A DNA stretch of 64,000 nucleotides from Candidatus Krumholzibacteriota bacterium (GCA_024275485.1 JAJRZA010000037.1:5241-69240); one strand, 5' to 3'. Positions 41,974-51,689 are shown, counted from the first letter of the stretch. Notes: generated by a model not told the origin, from the letters alone. Numbers and translations: made by a program.

Positions 41974-42432
41974 TTGCACCTCAGGATATTGATGCACGCA
42001 GTCTTTGTGAAGACCCTACTCTTTTTGGCCCTGACAGCTTTGGTCGGTGCTGTTCCCTGCCTTGGCCTGGACAATCTGGAACCCTGTGTTGAGCTGAATC
42101 TGGCTGAGGTTGCAGGAACCTTTCTGGGGGAACGCCCCATAGCCAGGGAAGACCTTGCCACGGAATTGCTTTCAATTTGTTGCCCCAGTGCCATCTCTCT
42201 TGGTTCTATCGGGTACACCCTGGCCTCACCCCAGAAAGTGGCCCTGAGCATTTACGATCAGCAGGGTCGGGAGGTTGCCAGCCTGGTGGATAGAACCATC
42301 GTCAGTGGTCGTCATCGTGCAATGTGGGATGGTTGCCGGAAAAATGGGCAGCCAGTCAAGGATGGGACCTATTTCCTCCTGATGAAAACCGAAAAGTCGG
42401 TTAAGCTGCGCAGGATGGTTTTGGCCAGGTAG
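41974..42432 (+). CDS. Small secreted protein consisting essentially of a T9SS-type C-terminal domain
   Basis: Signal peptide followed by a CTD-like block (ISLGSIGYTLASPQKVALSIYDQQGREVASL...AMWDG...GTYFLLMKTEK). Start may be the ATG at 41992. Confidence 0.55.
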   Translation: MHLRILMHAVFVKTLLFLALTALVGAVPCLGLDNLEPCVELNLAEVAGTFLGERPIAREDLATELLSICCPSAISLGSIGYTLASPQKVALSIYDQQGREVASLVDRTIVSGRHRAMWDGCRKNGQPVKDGTYFLLMKTEKSVKLRRMVLAR

Positions 42433-42466
42433 TTGTTTTTTCCAGCCCGCTGGAATTTTCCAAATA

Positions 42467-42500
42467 AAAGGACCCGAGCCTAGCCCGGATCCTTTTTTTT
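42467..42500. terminator. Strong bidirectional rho-independent terminator (AAAGGACCCG-loop-CGGATCCTTT then T8)
   Basis: 10-bp stem with one mismatch, followed by an eight-T tract. The convergent TRAP permease gene ends at 42530. Confidence 0.7.
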
Positions 42501-42529
42501 CTCAAAGCCTTGTTCCAGTCAGAGAATGA

Positions 42530-44641
42530 TCAGGCCCCCTGCAATGCCTTCCTTTCATGAATAGGCAAGGTGAGAGTCGGATCTTTTCTGATCCGAATCT
42601 TCTGCAACAGGAAAACCGTTCCCCACAACCCGATTCCCAATGCGTCAACGACAAGAGACGGCAACGAGATTCCCACCGTGTGCACAATATCCGGGAAGAA
42701 GAGGATCACTGTGGCGACAGCCATGATGACCCATTCGATGATACTCATTCCGCAGGACAAATATCCCATGGTCAAACTACCGAAGGCAATAGTTGCCATG
42801 GTGATGGTCAGGAAGGTCATGACAATTTCGATCATCGACCCGTTGAGCAGGAAACCCCGGCTGTAGGCAAAGAGGAACGGCCCGATGTAGAGGAACTTGG
42901 CAAACTTGAAACTTGTCCAGCCGGTTTTCCAGGGATCGGCTCCGGCAATGGCTGCACCGGCGTAGGCGGCCACACAAACCGGGGGAGTGATATTGGAATC
43001 CTGACTGAACCAGTAAACGATCATGTGTGATGATATCATCACCCAGGAGACCTGGTTGACCAGCTCCCTCGAAATCTCCATGTCGGCCAGAGGTACGCCG
43101 AAGTGCTGCATGGCGATCATGTTGGACACCGAACCCACGGTGAGTACCGCGGTGATCAGGTACGCCGCCGTCACCGGCACGCCCATACCCAGAACCAGGG
43201 AAGCAATGCCGATCAGCAGGATGGCCACCGGCAAATATCCGCCGGATAAACTTATGATGATGTCGGAAAACTTCAGGCCGATGCCCGACAGGCTGATGGT
43301 GCCGACGATAATGCCGATGACGCCCACGGTGGCGCCGATGATCAACGTATTGCGGGCACCTTCGATCATGGCATCGCGAATTTCACGGAATCCCATTTTG
43401 TTGTCCGGGGTGAACCAGCTGACCACAATGCAGCTGATGATGGCAGACACCGCTGAAAACCCAGCTGATTTTCCGATGAGCATGAGAAATACGATCAGCG
43501 CCAGGGGTGTAACCAGGAACCACTCTTTTTTCAGGATCTCGCCGGCGGTGGGTGCATCGGGGTCATCAATGCCGTAGATGCCGTAGCGTTTGGACTCGTA
43601 GTGAATCATCACGAACACGGAAAGGAAATACATGAGGGCGGGAAAAATGGCCATCTTCATGATATCGACGTAGGGGATCTCCGTCAATTCAGCCATCAAA
43701 AAACCGCCCGCGCCCATGATGGGAGGCATGAACATGCCACCGATGGAAGCTGCGGGCTCGATGGCTCCGGCCACGTGGGGACGAAAGCCCGCGCGTTTCA
43801 TCATGGGGATGGTGAAGGCCCCGGTGGAAACGGTGTTGGCGATGGCCGATCCGGAAACCGAGCCAAAGAACCCCGAAGCGATCACCGCAACCTTGGCTGG
43901 TCCGCCAACACTCTTGCCGGTGATGGCCAAAGGAACGTCGATGAAAAACTTGCTGGCACCGGAAGCCTTTAGAAAGGCTCCAAAGAATATGAACAAGATC
44001 ACATAGGTGACCAATACATTGGCCATGATGCCGAAGATGCCGTCCTGGTTGTAGTAGAGAAAATTCAGGGCCCGTGTGACGCGGAAACCATCGTGGGCAA
44101 AGGAGTTCAGGATGGGAATATCCTCCATCAGGTTACCCCAGAGCAGGTAGGCCAGAAAACCTATGCCGGCCATGGTCATGGCCATGCCCAAAACCCGTCG
44201 GGCGGCTTCCAGGGAGATGAGGATTCCCACGGCGGCGACCACCGTATCGAGGGCGGTGTAACTGCCCGCGCGGTAGTTGAGGTTTTCATATTCCACGATC
44301 CAGTAACCGACCACGGCCACCGATATCACCGCCAGGACCATGTCTGATATGCTGGGGCGATCGAAACGTGATTTGTTGGTCATGGGGTAGTTGAGGAAAA
44401 CCAGAACGAAAGTCAAGAGCACGTAAATACCCAGAAAATACTGGGTATCAACAGGCAGGATTCCCGCATTGTAGATATAGAAGGCAACCATGAAAATGCC
44501 CAGGGCGCTGGTGAACCAGTACCAGAACGATTTCAATTCCCGGCCGCTTTTGGCATCCTTCTCCATGAGTTCATCGAGGACTTCCTGGCTGGCGGTTTCC
44601 AGCTCCGGCGTATCGGGTTGATGACGGTCTTGGTCGGTCAT
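42530..44641 (-). CDS. TRAP transporter, fused 4TM/12TM permease (TAXI-associated)
   Basis: 703 aa and about 18-20 TM helices; DctQ-like and DctM-like halves are fused, as in the TIGR02123 family. Confidence 0.8.
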   Translation of the reverse strand: MTDQDRHQPDTPELETASQEVLDELMEKDAKSGRELKSFWYWFTSALGIFMVAFYIYNAGILPVDTQYFLGIYVLLTFVLVFLNYPMTNKSRFDRPSISDMVLAVISVAVVGYWIVEYENLNYRAGSYTALDTVVAAVGILISLEAARRVLGMAMTMAGIGFLAYLLWGNLMEDIPILNSFAHDGFRVTRALNFLYYNQDGIFGIMANVLVTYVILFIFFGAFLKASGASKFFIDVPLAITGKSVGGPAKVAVIASGFFGSVSGSAIANTVSTGAFTIPMMKRAGFRPHVAGAIEPAASIGGMFMPPIMGAGGFLMAELTEIPYVDIMKMAIFPALMYFLSVFVMIHYESKRYGIYGIDDPDAPTAGEILKKEWFLVTPLALIVFLMLIGKSAGFSAVSAIISCIVVSWFTPDNKMGFREIRDAMIEGARNTLIIGATVGVIGIIVGTISLSGIGLKFSDIIISLSGGYLPVAILLIGIASLVLGMGVPVTAAYLITAVLTVGSVSNMIAMQHFGVPLADMEISRELVNQVSWVMISSHMIVYWFSQDSNITPPVCVAAYAGAAIAGADPWKTGWTSFKFAKFLYIGPFLFAYSRGFLLNGSMIEIVMTFLTITMATIAFGSLTMGYLSCGMSIIEWVIMAVATVILFFPDIVHTVGISLPSLVVDALGIGLWGTVFLLQKIRIRKDPTLTLPIHERKALQGA

Positions 44642-44664
44642 GAAGTTCTCTCTTTAAGGAAAAT

Positions 44665-44689
44665 GGGGAGGGAGCCCGGCCCCCTCCCC
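44665..44689 (-). promoter_or_regulatory. Intergenic GC hairpin (GGGGAGGG-9nt-CCCTCCCC) between the TAXI and permease genes; possible intra-operon attenuator or mRNA processing site
   Basis: Perfect 8-bp stem read in the sequence, with an AAAGAGAGAA RBS immediately after it on the minus strand. Confidence 0.35.
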
Positions 44690-44716
44690 ATGCAATGTCA
44701 ACTCGGATCGGGCCGA

Positions 44717-45700
44717 TTACTTGAGGTTGGCCGGGACGGTTTTGCCCTGCTCTTCCCAAAATTTCACGGCTCCGGGATGCAGGGGAATGGAAGCGCCGTC
44801 GAAGGCGTTTTCCAGAGTCATGGCCTTGAAGGTCTTCTTGGCGGCGACCATGGCAGCCATGCCCTTTTCACTCCACAGGGTCTTCATCACGTTGTAGACC
44901 ACGTCGGCAGGAACTTCATCGTTGGCGCACAGGAAGGTGGCGTCCTGGAAGGAACTGCAGGCAGGCATGTCGTCGCCGTAGGTGCCGGCAGGAATGGTAA
45001 CCGGGATGTAGGAGTAGGCGTCGTAGAAACCAGATTTGACGGCATCTTCACCCACGTTGATCAGGCGGATGTCCACCTGGACGCTGGCTTCGATGATGGA
45101 GCGGTTGGGATAACCCACGAGCACCCAGAAGGCGTCGATCTTACCGTCCTTGAAGGCGCTGGCGGCGGCGCTGTAACCCAGGAACTGGTGTTTGAAATTG
45201 TCCCAGACATCTATGTGACGGAAGAAACGTTCGGCGCTGGCGGCGGCACCACTGCCGGCGTTGCCAACGGCCACGCGCTTGCCAAGCAGATCCTTGGCCG
45301 ACTGTATGTCGCTGTCAGCACGGACCACCAACTGGGCGGGAGCTCCGTAAAGGAATCCCATGGCGCGGGTGCCGTCGTATTTCTTATCGTCCTTGGGTAG
45401 TTTACCCAGGCGACCGAGGGCGCTGTCCACGGCATAGCACATGCCGAAATTGCTTTCACCGGAGCTGACGCGTTTGACATTTTCCACCGAGCCGCCGCTG
45501 CCCACGGCGGAAAGCTTGATGTCTTTCATGTTTTTGGGAACATAGACTGCCATGGCATTGGCAAAGGTATTGAAAGTGCCACCGGTGGGCCCGCCACCGA
45601 TTTTAGCCTTGAAGGTCTTACCGGCCAGAGCATCACCAGGAACAGTAGAAATGCCGACAACAAAAATAAGTGCAAGACTCAGCAACAGGAACTTCTTCAT
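44717..45700 (-). CDS. TRAP transporter solute-binding protein, TAXI family
   Basis: Signal peptide and TAXI motifs (LSAVGSGGSVENVKRVSSGESNFGM). Start moved to the ATG at 45700, which has an AAGGAGG RBS. Confidence 0.8.
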   Translation of the reverse strand: MKKFLLLSLALIFVVGISTVPGDALAGKTFKAKIGGGPTGGTFNTFANAMAVYVPKNMKDIKLSAVGSGGSVENVKRVSSGESNFGMCYAVDSALGRLGKLPKDDKKYDGTRAMGFLYGAPAQLVVRADSDIQSAKDLLGKRVAVGNAGSGAAASAERFFRHIDVWDNFKHQFLGYSAAASAFKDGKIDAFWVLVGYPNRSIIEASVQVDIRLINVGEDAVKSGFYDAYSYIPVTIPAGTYGDDMPACSSFQDATFLCANDEVPADVVYNVMKTLWSEKGMAAMVAAKKTFKAMTLENAFDGASIPLHPGAVKFWEEQGKTVPANLK

Positions 45701-45952
45701 CGGGAGGCCTCCTTGAGAAAAAATCAATATCCGGGAAACAGGTCCGGGACACCTTAAGGCGTGTAATCTGGTCTTGTCAACCAGTATTGAAGTTGCGAGC
45801 TTTTGCGATAATTTTGAAAGGGTCAGATCATCGTTTTCCCAGCTTGCTTCGCAAGGTGCTACGCGGCGGACCCAAAATCCTAGCAACAACGCTGATGAAG
45901 AGGTAATCAGTTGTGCCTCCGAAAGTATTCCTGGCCCCAGATCTGCCAGTCC

Positions 45953-45971
45953 TTGAGTATGAAATACTCAA
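45953..45971. promoter_or_regulatory. Perfect 19-bp palindrome TTGAGTAT-GAA-ATACTCAA inside a 476-bp ORF-free intergenic region
   Basis: Exact inverted repeat read in the sequence; candidate operator for a dimeric regulator. Confidence 0.4.
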
Positions 45972-46176
45972 AAACATTTCCCAAAGGCTGGCAACCACCC
46001 CACTGTGAACATGAGTTGAGTTACGCATGGTAGGGGGTAAATGGATGGTTGGGGAACCAGCCGACGATGGAAGGGAGAAACATTTTCGGGGGCACAACTT
46101 TGTTATTAAATATGAAAATATTTTTTCTGCCCAGACATTGTTGTTACCTTGAATGGAGAGATAAAGAAATATCAGT

Positions 46177-46707
46177 TTGAATTACCATCAGTTGCTCCTT
46201 TTGTGGACGCAAGGAATCGAGACTGAAATGGGTATGGAAATCGAACGCAAATACCTGCTGGTGGGTGATGAATGGAGAAGACTGGGTGAAGGAACCCTAT
46301 ATCGTCAGGGGTACCTGAATTCCCTGAAAGAGCGAGTCGTACGCACCCGCACCATGGGTAAAAAAGCAGTCATTACCATCAAAGGTATCGCCGAGGGTGT
46401 GACGCGTCTGGAATTCGAGTACGACATTCCTTTCGACGATTGCGAACAACTCCTGGAATTGTGCGAACAACCAATCATCGAAAAAACCCGTTACAAAATC
46501 GAATTTGGTGGATTGTTGTGGGAAGTGGATGAATTCCACGGCGTCAATGAAGGCCTGGTTGTGGCCGAATGCGAACTGGAGTCCGAAGACCAACTAGTGA
46601 AAAAGCCATCCTGGGTGGGAGAAGAAGTCACCGGCGATCCTCGCTATCTCAACTCGAATCTCATCGCCAACCCCTATACTTCCTGGGTGTCGGGGAGTAA
46701 CTTATGA
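46177..46707 (+). CDS. CYTH-domain protein (CyaB/ThTPase-like triphosphate tunnel metalloenzyme)
   Basis: The EIERKYLL motif opens the tunnel fold. The real start is probably the ATG at 46228 or 46234. Confidence 0.7.
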   Translation: MNYHQLLLLWTQGIETEMGMEIERKYLLVGDEWRRLGEGTLYRQGYLNSLKERVVRTRTMGKKAVITIKGIAEGVTRLEFEYDIPFDDCEQLLELCEQPIIEKTRYKIEFGGLLWEVDEFHGVNEGLVVAECELESEDQLVKKPSWVGEEVTGDPRYLNSNLIANPYTSWVSGSNL

Positions 46708-46738
46708 CTTTGCCCAACTCCAACCCGGGTGGCGAAGG

Positions 46739-46886
46739 ATGAAGGCCAGAAGGATAACATTGTTGATGTTCTTGACGGTGATTTCGCTGCTGACCATTTT
46801 TCGGGTAGTGATGCTGGATGATACCGTTCGAGCAGCCGAATTCAACCATGAGTCCGGGATTCAGGAATTGGCTGTTTCGGAATAAC
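46739..46886 (+). CDS. Possible small membrane protein (49 aa), preceded by a coupled 12-codon ORF (46704..46742)
   Basis: MKARRITLLMFLTVISLLTIFRVVMLDD... contains one TM helix. The upstream mini-ORF MTLPNSNPGGEG has a GGGAG RBS and its TGA overlaps this ATG (ATGA). Too short for the ORF track. Confidence 0.25.
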
Positions 46887-46921
46887 TTTGGCAGTACCTG
46901 CAATCAAGGAAGTGATGGACC

Positions 46922-47563
46922 ATGCGTCTATTTCGCACGAGCAAAGCCATTGAAAACCAAATTGATGAATTTCTGGACGTGGTGGCCGAAGGTGTTCTGG
47001 TCTACAAGGAGGGCATCAGGGCTTATCTTGAAGGTGACACCGCCGATTTCGTGGCCCGAATTTTAGCCATCGACAAGCTGGAAGCCCGGGCCGACAAATT
47101 GAGCAAGGAAGTGGAAGCCGACCTTTACAGCCACTCACTCATCCCCGAGCATCGGGGCGATGTGTTGGGTCTTTTGGAAAATGCTGACAATATCATTGAT
47201 ACTGCCAAGGCCAGCCTATACCAATTCTCAGTGGAGCAACCGGTTATTCCCGAAGAATACAATGCTCAATACCTCAAGTTGGCCGAGTCCTGTTATCAGG
47301 CCGTTGAAGCAGTCATCGTTTCGGCTCGGGCATTTTTCCGGGATGTTACAGCGGTTAAGGACAATCTTTTCAAGGTGCATCATTACGAGAAGGAGGCTGA
47401 TCTCATCAGCGATGCCTTGAAACGATCTATTTTTGCCAGCTCCCTGGAGCTGTCCCACAAAATCCACCTGCGCTATTTTGCCCTGAATGTGGAAGAAGTC
47501 AGTGACAAAGCCGAGGACGTAGCCGACCGGTTGGCTATCTACGCCATTAAACGAAACATCTGA
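46922..47563 (+). CDS. DUF47 (PhoU-like) phosphate-transport accessory protein
   Basis: A 213-aa helical protein of the TIGR00153 type, immediately upstream of a PiT transporter. Confidence 0.75.
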   Translation: MRLFRTSKAIENQIDEFLDVVAEGVLVYKEGIRAYLEGDTADFVARILAIDKLEARADKLSKEVEADLYSHSLIPEHRGDVLGLLENADNIIDTAKASLYQFSVEQPVIPEEYNAQYLKLAESCYQAVEAVIVSARAFFRDVTAVKDNLFKVHHYEKEADLISDALKRSIFASSLELSHKIHLRYFALNVEEVSDKAEDVADRLAIYAIKRNI

Positions 47564-47573
47564 GGCGATAATA

Positions 47574-49052
47574 GTGGAAATCCTCCTGTTTCTATCGAGC
47601 GGTTTGTTTTTGGGCTGGAGTCTGGGTGCCAACGACGCTGCCAATGTATTCGGCACCGCCGTGGGCACTCGCATGGTTTCCTTCCGGGTCGCCGCCTTGG
47701 TCTGTTCGATATTTGTGATACTGGGAGCCACTATCAGTGGTGCCGGCGCTGCCCACACCCTGGGAAAACTTGGTTCCGTCAACGCTCTGGCGGGATCTTT
47801 TACGGTGGCTTTGGCTTCGGCCCTGACCACTTTCTGGATGACCCGGCTTAAAATTCCCGTCTCCACCAGCCAGGCCATCGTCGGTGCGATCATTGGCTGG
47901 AATCTCTACAGTTCGTCAGTGACGGACACCGCTTCCTTGACCAAGATCATGCTCACCTGGGTGGCATGCCCCCTGATCAGTGCGGTCATCGCGGTGGGAC
48001 TTTTTGTTCTGGTTCGCCAAACCATCACCCTTACCAAGCCCCACCTGCTGGAGTTGGACACGGGCACCCGTCTGGGGTTGTTGTTGGTGGGAGCATTTGG
48101 TTCCTACAGTCTGGGAGCCAATAACATCGCCAACGTCATGGGTGTGTTCTTGCCCGACAATCCCTTCAATGACCTTTCCGTATTTGGCCTGTTCACTTTG
48201 ACGGGGGTTCAGCAGTTGTTCTTACTCGGTGCGGTGGCCATTGGCGTGGGAGTGTTTACCTATTCGGAACGGGTGATGGGCACTGTCGGTGGTGGACTGG
48301 TGAACATTTCTCCTGTGCCCGCCCTGGTCATAGTCTTGGCTCAGTCCATCACACTGTTTCTCTTTGCTTCCAGCAGTTTGGAACATTTTCTGGCCAGCCA
48401 CGGCCTGCCCACCTTTCCCCTGGTTCCGGTCAGCAGCAGTCAGGCGGTGGTCGGGGCCATTCTGGGTATCAGTTTCTTCAAGGGTGCTGATATACGATAC
48501 AGGGTTTTGGGTGAAATATCACTAGGCTGGGTGGCAACACCGTTGGCGGCTGGAGTGGTTTCATTTTTCCTGCTCTTCTTTGTGGAAAATGTTTTTGACC
48601 AACAAGTCAGTCGCACCGTGGAATACCGCCTTGATGAAGTGGTGCGTGAGGAATTGGTGGAGCGTGGAATTCCAACCGAGGGGTTGCTTGAACTGGGATC
48701 CGAGGTGTTCACCAACGCGGTGAAATTCAAATCCGATGTGCGGAAGACCGGAGGACTGGATGAAGAAGGATCTTCCCTGGTGCTGGAGCTGGCGCGCATG
48801 GGCCGATGGGAAGTGCGGGAATCGGTCATCGCCAACGAAGTGGACACCCATTGGTTGACCACTGGTCAGGTCGATGCCTTGAGGTCCATCAAGGGTCTGC
48901 GATTCAACCATCAGTGGCGATTCAACCAGGCCTTGGCCGAAGCGTCCCCCGAGTGGAAGTTGCTGCCCAATTCGACAGTCAACAAATTGACCAACAAGGA
49001 ATTGAAGAAGAAGTTGAAGTACCTTGGTCGGTTGTTTGAGGTTCATGACTGA
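47574..49052 (+). CDS. pit: Inorganic phosphate transporter, PiT (PHO4) family
   Basis: Duplicated GANDAANVFGTAVG and GANNIANVMG signatures, with a long cytoplasmic C-terminal loop. Confidence 0.85.
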   Translation: MEILLFLSSGLFLGWSLGANDAANVFGTAVGTRMVSFRVAALVCSIFVILGATISGAGAAHTLGKLGSVNALAGSFTVALASALTTFWMTRLKIPVSTSQAIVGAIIGWNLYSSSVTDTASLTKIMLTWVACPLISAVIAVGLFVLVRQTITLTKPHLLELDTGTRLGLLLVGAFGSYSLGANNIANVMGVFLPDNPFNDLSVFGLFTLTGVQQLFLLGAVAIGVGVFTYSERVMGTVGGGLVNISPVPALVIVLAQSITLFLFASSSLEHFLASHGLPTFPLVPVSSSQAVVGAILGISFFKGADIRYRVLGEISLGWVATPLAAGVVSFFLLFFVENVFDQQVSRTVEYRLDEVVREELVERGIPTEGLLELGSEVFTNAVKFKSDVRKTGGLDEEGSSLVLELARMGRWEVRESVIANEVDTHWLTTGQVDALRSIKGLRFNHQWRFNQALAEASPEWKLLPNSTVNKLTNKELKKKLKYLGRLFEVHD

Positions 49053-49194
49053 CGCTGGTGCCGAAGATAAAAATGGTGGTTCCACTTCCATCACCTTTGG
49101 CGTGAACTACTATCCCAACCCCAACGCGCGGCTCATGCAAAACTGCGGGCTTTTTTTCGTGCATTTTGACGAAAAAAATGCGAAACTGTATCCC

Positions 49195-50394
49195 ATGAGC
49201 ACCAACCCAAACACCATCGGCGCCCGCGCCATCCTGCACGTGGACATGGACGCCTTCTTCGCCTCGGTCGAGGTGCTTGACGACCCTTCCTTAAAAGGTA
49301 AGCCCGTCATCGTCGGCGGCACTCCCGAGGGACGAGGTGTGGTCTCGGCCGCCAGTTACGAAGCCCGGGCTTTTGGGGTGCACAGCGCCATGAGCGCCGC
49401 CCGTGCCATCAAACTGTGTCCGGACGGTGTTTTCCTACGCGGCCGCATGGACCGTTATGTGGAGATCAGCCACCAAATCGGGGCGATATTTCGCGATTTC
49501 ACACCGTTGGTCGAGCCTTTGAGCCTCGACGAAGCTTTTCTTGATGTCACCGGTTGTCGGCGGCTTTTCGGCAGTGCGGAAAAAATTGGACGCCTCATTC
49601 AGCAACGCATCATTGACGATGTTCAGTTGATGGCTTCGGTGGGGGTGGCCGGCAACAAATTTCTGGCCAAGCTGGCCAGCGATCTTGAAAAACCAGCGGG
49701 ATTCGTTGTCATCCCCGAAGCAAGCGCCCGGGAAATATTGGCGGCCCTGCCCATTGGACGCCTGTGGGGTGTGGGAAAGGTATCTCAAAAGGAGATGGCG
49801 CGATACGGTATCCGTACGGTCAGGGATTTTTTGGCCATTCCCGAAGACCTTGCGGTGCACCAATTTGGTGACCACGCACGCCATTTGCGCCAACTGGCGG
49901 TGGGCTGCGATGCCCGGCCGGTGATTCCCTCTCACGAAGCTAAATCCATTGGCAACGAGGTAACTTTTGGAGAGGATATCGCCAACGCCGAACACCTCCA
50001 AGGTGTGCTGGATCATCTGTCCGACAAAATTGCCCGGCGGGTGCGCGATCAGGGGTTTGTGGCCAAAACAATCACCTTGAAGGCCCGATACAGTGATTTT
50101 TCCACCTTCACACGCAGCGAAAGCCTTAACGAAGCCACTGACAGTTCGGTGGAAATCCGCAATCTGGCGCGTAATCTTCTGGTGGACAAACTGGGGCGTC
50201 GGGGCCGGGCTTTGCGTCTGATTGGGGTGACCGCCTCCAATTTGAGCGCCGCTGGCCAGACCCAGGGTGAGCTGTTTTCGGATCCATCCAAAACCAAAAA
50301 CCGCAAATTGGACCAGTTGATGGACGAGGTTCACCAAAAGTATGGTGACATGATCTCCCGGGGATTGAAACCTCCCGCAAGCCATCGGGAGTAA
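49195..50394 (+). CDS. dinB: DNA polymerase IV (Y-family translesion polymerase)
   Basis: Begins ILHVDMDAFFASVEVLDDPSLKGKPVIVGG and has the SIDEAFLDVTG motif. Start moved to the ATG at 49195. Confidence 0.9.
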   Translation: MSTNPNTIGARAILHVDMDAFFASVEVLDDPSLKGKPVIVGGTPEGRGVVSAASYEARAFGVHSAMSAARAIKLCPDGVFLRGRMDRYVEISHQIGAIFRDFTPLVEPLSLDEAFLDVTGCRRLFGSAEKIGRLIQQRIIDDVQLMASVGVAGNKFLAKLASDLEKPAGFVVIPEASAREILAALPIGRLWGVGKVSQKEMARYGIRTVRDFLAIPEDLAVHQFGDHARHLRQLAVGCDARPVIPSHEAKSIGNEVTFGEDIANAEHLQGVLDHLSDKIARRVRDQGFVAKTITLKARYSDFSTFTRSESLNEATDSSVEIRNLARNLLVDKLGRRGRALRLIGVTASNLSAAGQTQGELFSDPSKTKNRKLDQLMDEVHQKYGDMISRGLKPPASHRE

Positions 50395-50468
50395 AGTCCC
50401 GCTGCTTTCTGCCGAAATATTTCAAGGATCCTAGTTCCGAATCTGCACAATTAGCTCCAGGAGTGCTG

Positions 50469-51689
50469 ATGTCCACCGACTTGGTCAAAGCCCGCATCAT
50501 GACCGTCATGCGCAATCTGCCGCCTTTGCCTGCGGTGACGCGCCAATTGCTGGCCGTGATGCGTGATGATGATTAATCTGCCGACGATGTCACCAAGGTG
50601 CTCTCAGCAGATGGTATGCTGGCCGCAAAAGTTCTCAAACTTGTGAACAGCTCGTTTTATGGAGTGGCGGCAGAAGTGACTACCATCAGCAGGGCCGTGG
50701 TTCTTCTGGGTTTTTCCGGTATTCGCAACCTTGCCCTGGGATTCGGCACAGTGGAGGCGTTGTCGGAGATGGGGTCGAAATCGGACATGACAGATTACTG
50801 GGCCCACGCCATGGCTACCGCGACGGCAGCCCAGGCTCTAGCGCCTCTCGTCAACCGACGCACTGATCCCGAAGAAGCTTTTATTGCCGGCCTGATGCAC
50901 GACATCGGCGCCTACGTGTTGGCCGCGAGCGTACCTGAATCCTATGGTGACATTATCATGCTCCCGGCTTCCGAGCGGCTGCGGAAAGAACAGGATGTAG
51001 CGGGTTTTACCCATGCCAAGGTGGGGCAGGGGCTGTTGAAATTCTGGGATCTCCCAGAGGTGTTTTCCAATGCAGCGCGCTATCACCATGATGTGGAGGT
51101 TACATCCGGTGAAGATCAGCCTCTGACTTCCCTGGTGGCTCTGGCTGATATCCTGGCCACCATACATGGTGGATCTTTGATAACCGACGCATCTGAAAAC
51201 GATTTGAACCGGATGTGCGGAGCTGTGGGAATCAAGCCCGAACACCTTTGCACAACCCTCAATACAATAGCTCAGAAAATTGGCGAAATGGCGAAATTCA
51301 TGAAGATTTCCGGGGCAGGATCCTCCCTGGAAAAAGCGGAAAACAAGATTCCCACCATGACCTGTGTGGTGGTGACCACAGACGAATCCCGCCGAAATCT
51401 TGTGGAGTGTCTGCTGAAGCATTTGGGTCATGAGACTTTTCCCATGGATAGCTATTTCAATCAGGAACCCGGTGGCAGTGAGGTTGGACTGGTCCTTGTG
51501 GATCCACAGGCCCTGAGCCGGGATCAATTGGATCGTCTGGCCGTTTATCTGGTTGATCAAAGCACCAGCATGGGTGTTTTGGTGGAAAACGGTACCACCA
51601 TTCCGGATTCCATGACAGCCTGGCCCACCATCAACTTTATTTTTGGGCGGCGCCAGCTGGCTGAAATCATACAAATGCAGCCTGCCTGA
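50469..51689 (+). pseudogene. HDOD-domain signalling protein with an in-frame TAA at 50574..50576
   Basis: The ATG at 50469 encodes MSTDLVKARIMTVMRNLPPLPAVTRQLLAVMRDDD-[TAA]-SADDVTKVLSADGMLAAKVLKLVNSSFYG. This spans the conserved HDOD N-terminus (LPxLPxV...DPD.S..EL...IS.DP.L.AKvLrlaNSayyG), and the TAA sits inside it with no frameshift. Confidence 0.65.

Noticed and set aside
45701-46176. tRNA or other structured RNA gene in the long intergenic region
   Set aside because: No T-arm (GGTTCGAATCC-like) or cloverleaf pattern could be found by eye. The region is kept only as a finding to be scanned with Infernal.
49081-49194. Possible LexA/SOS box upstream of dinB (CTGTAT half-site and GAACtactATCC)
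   Set aside because: Only half-site matches are present. No complete CTGT-N8-ACAG or GAAC-N4-GTTC palindrome exists, so the evidence is too weak to call.
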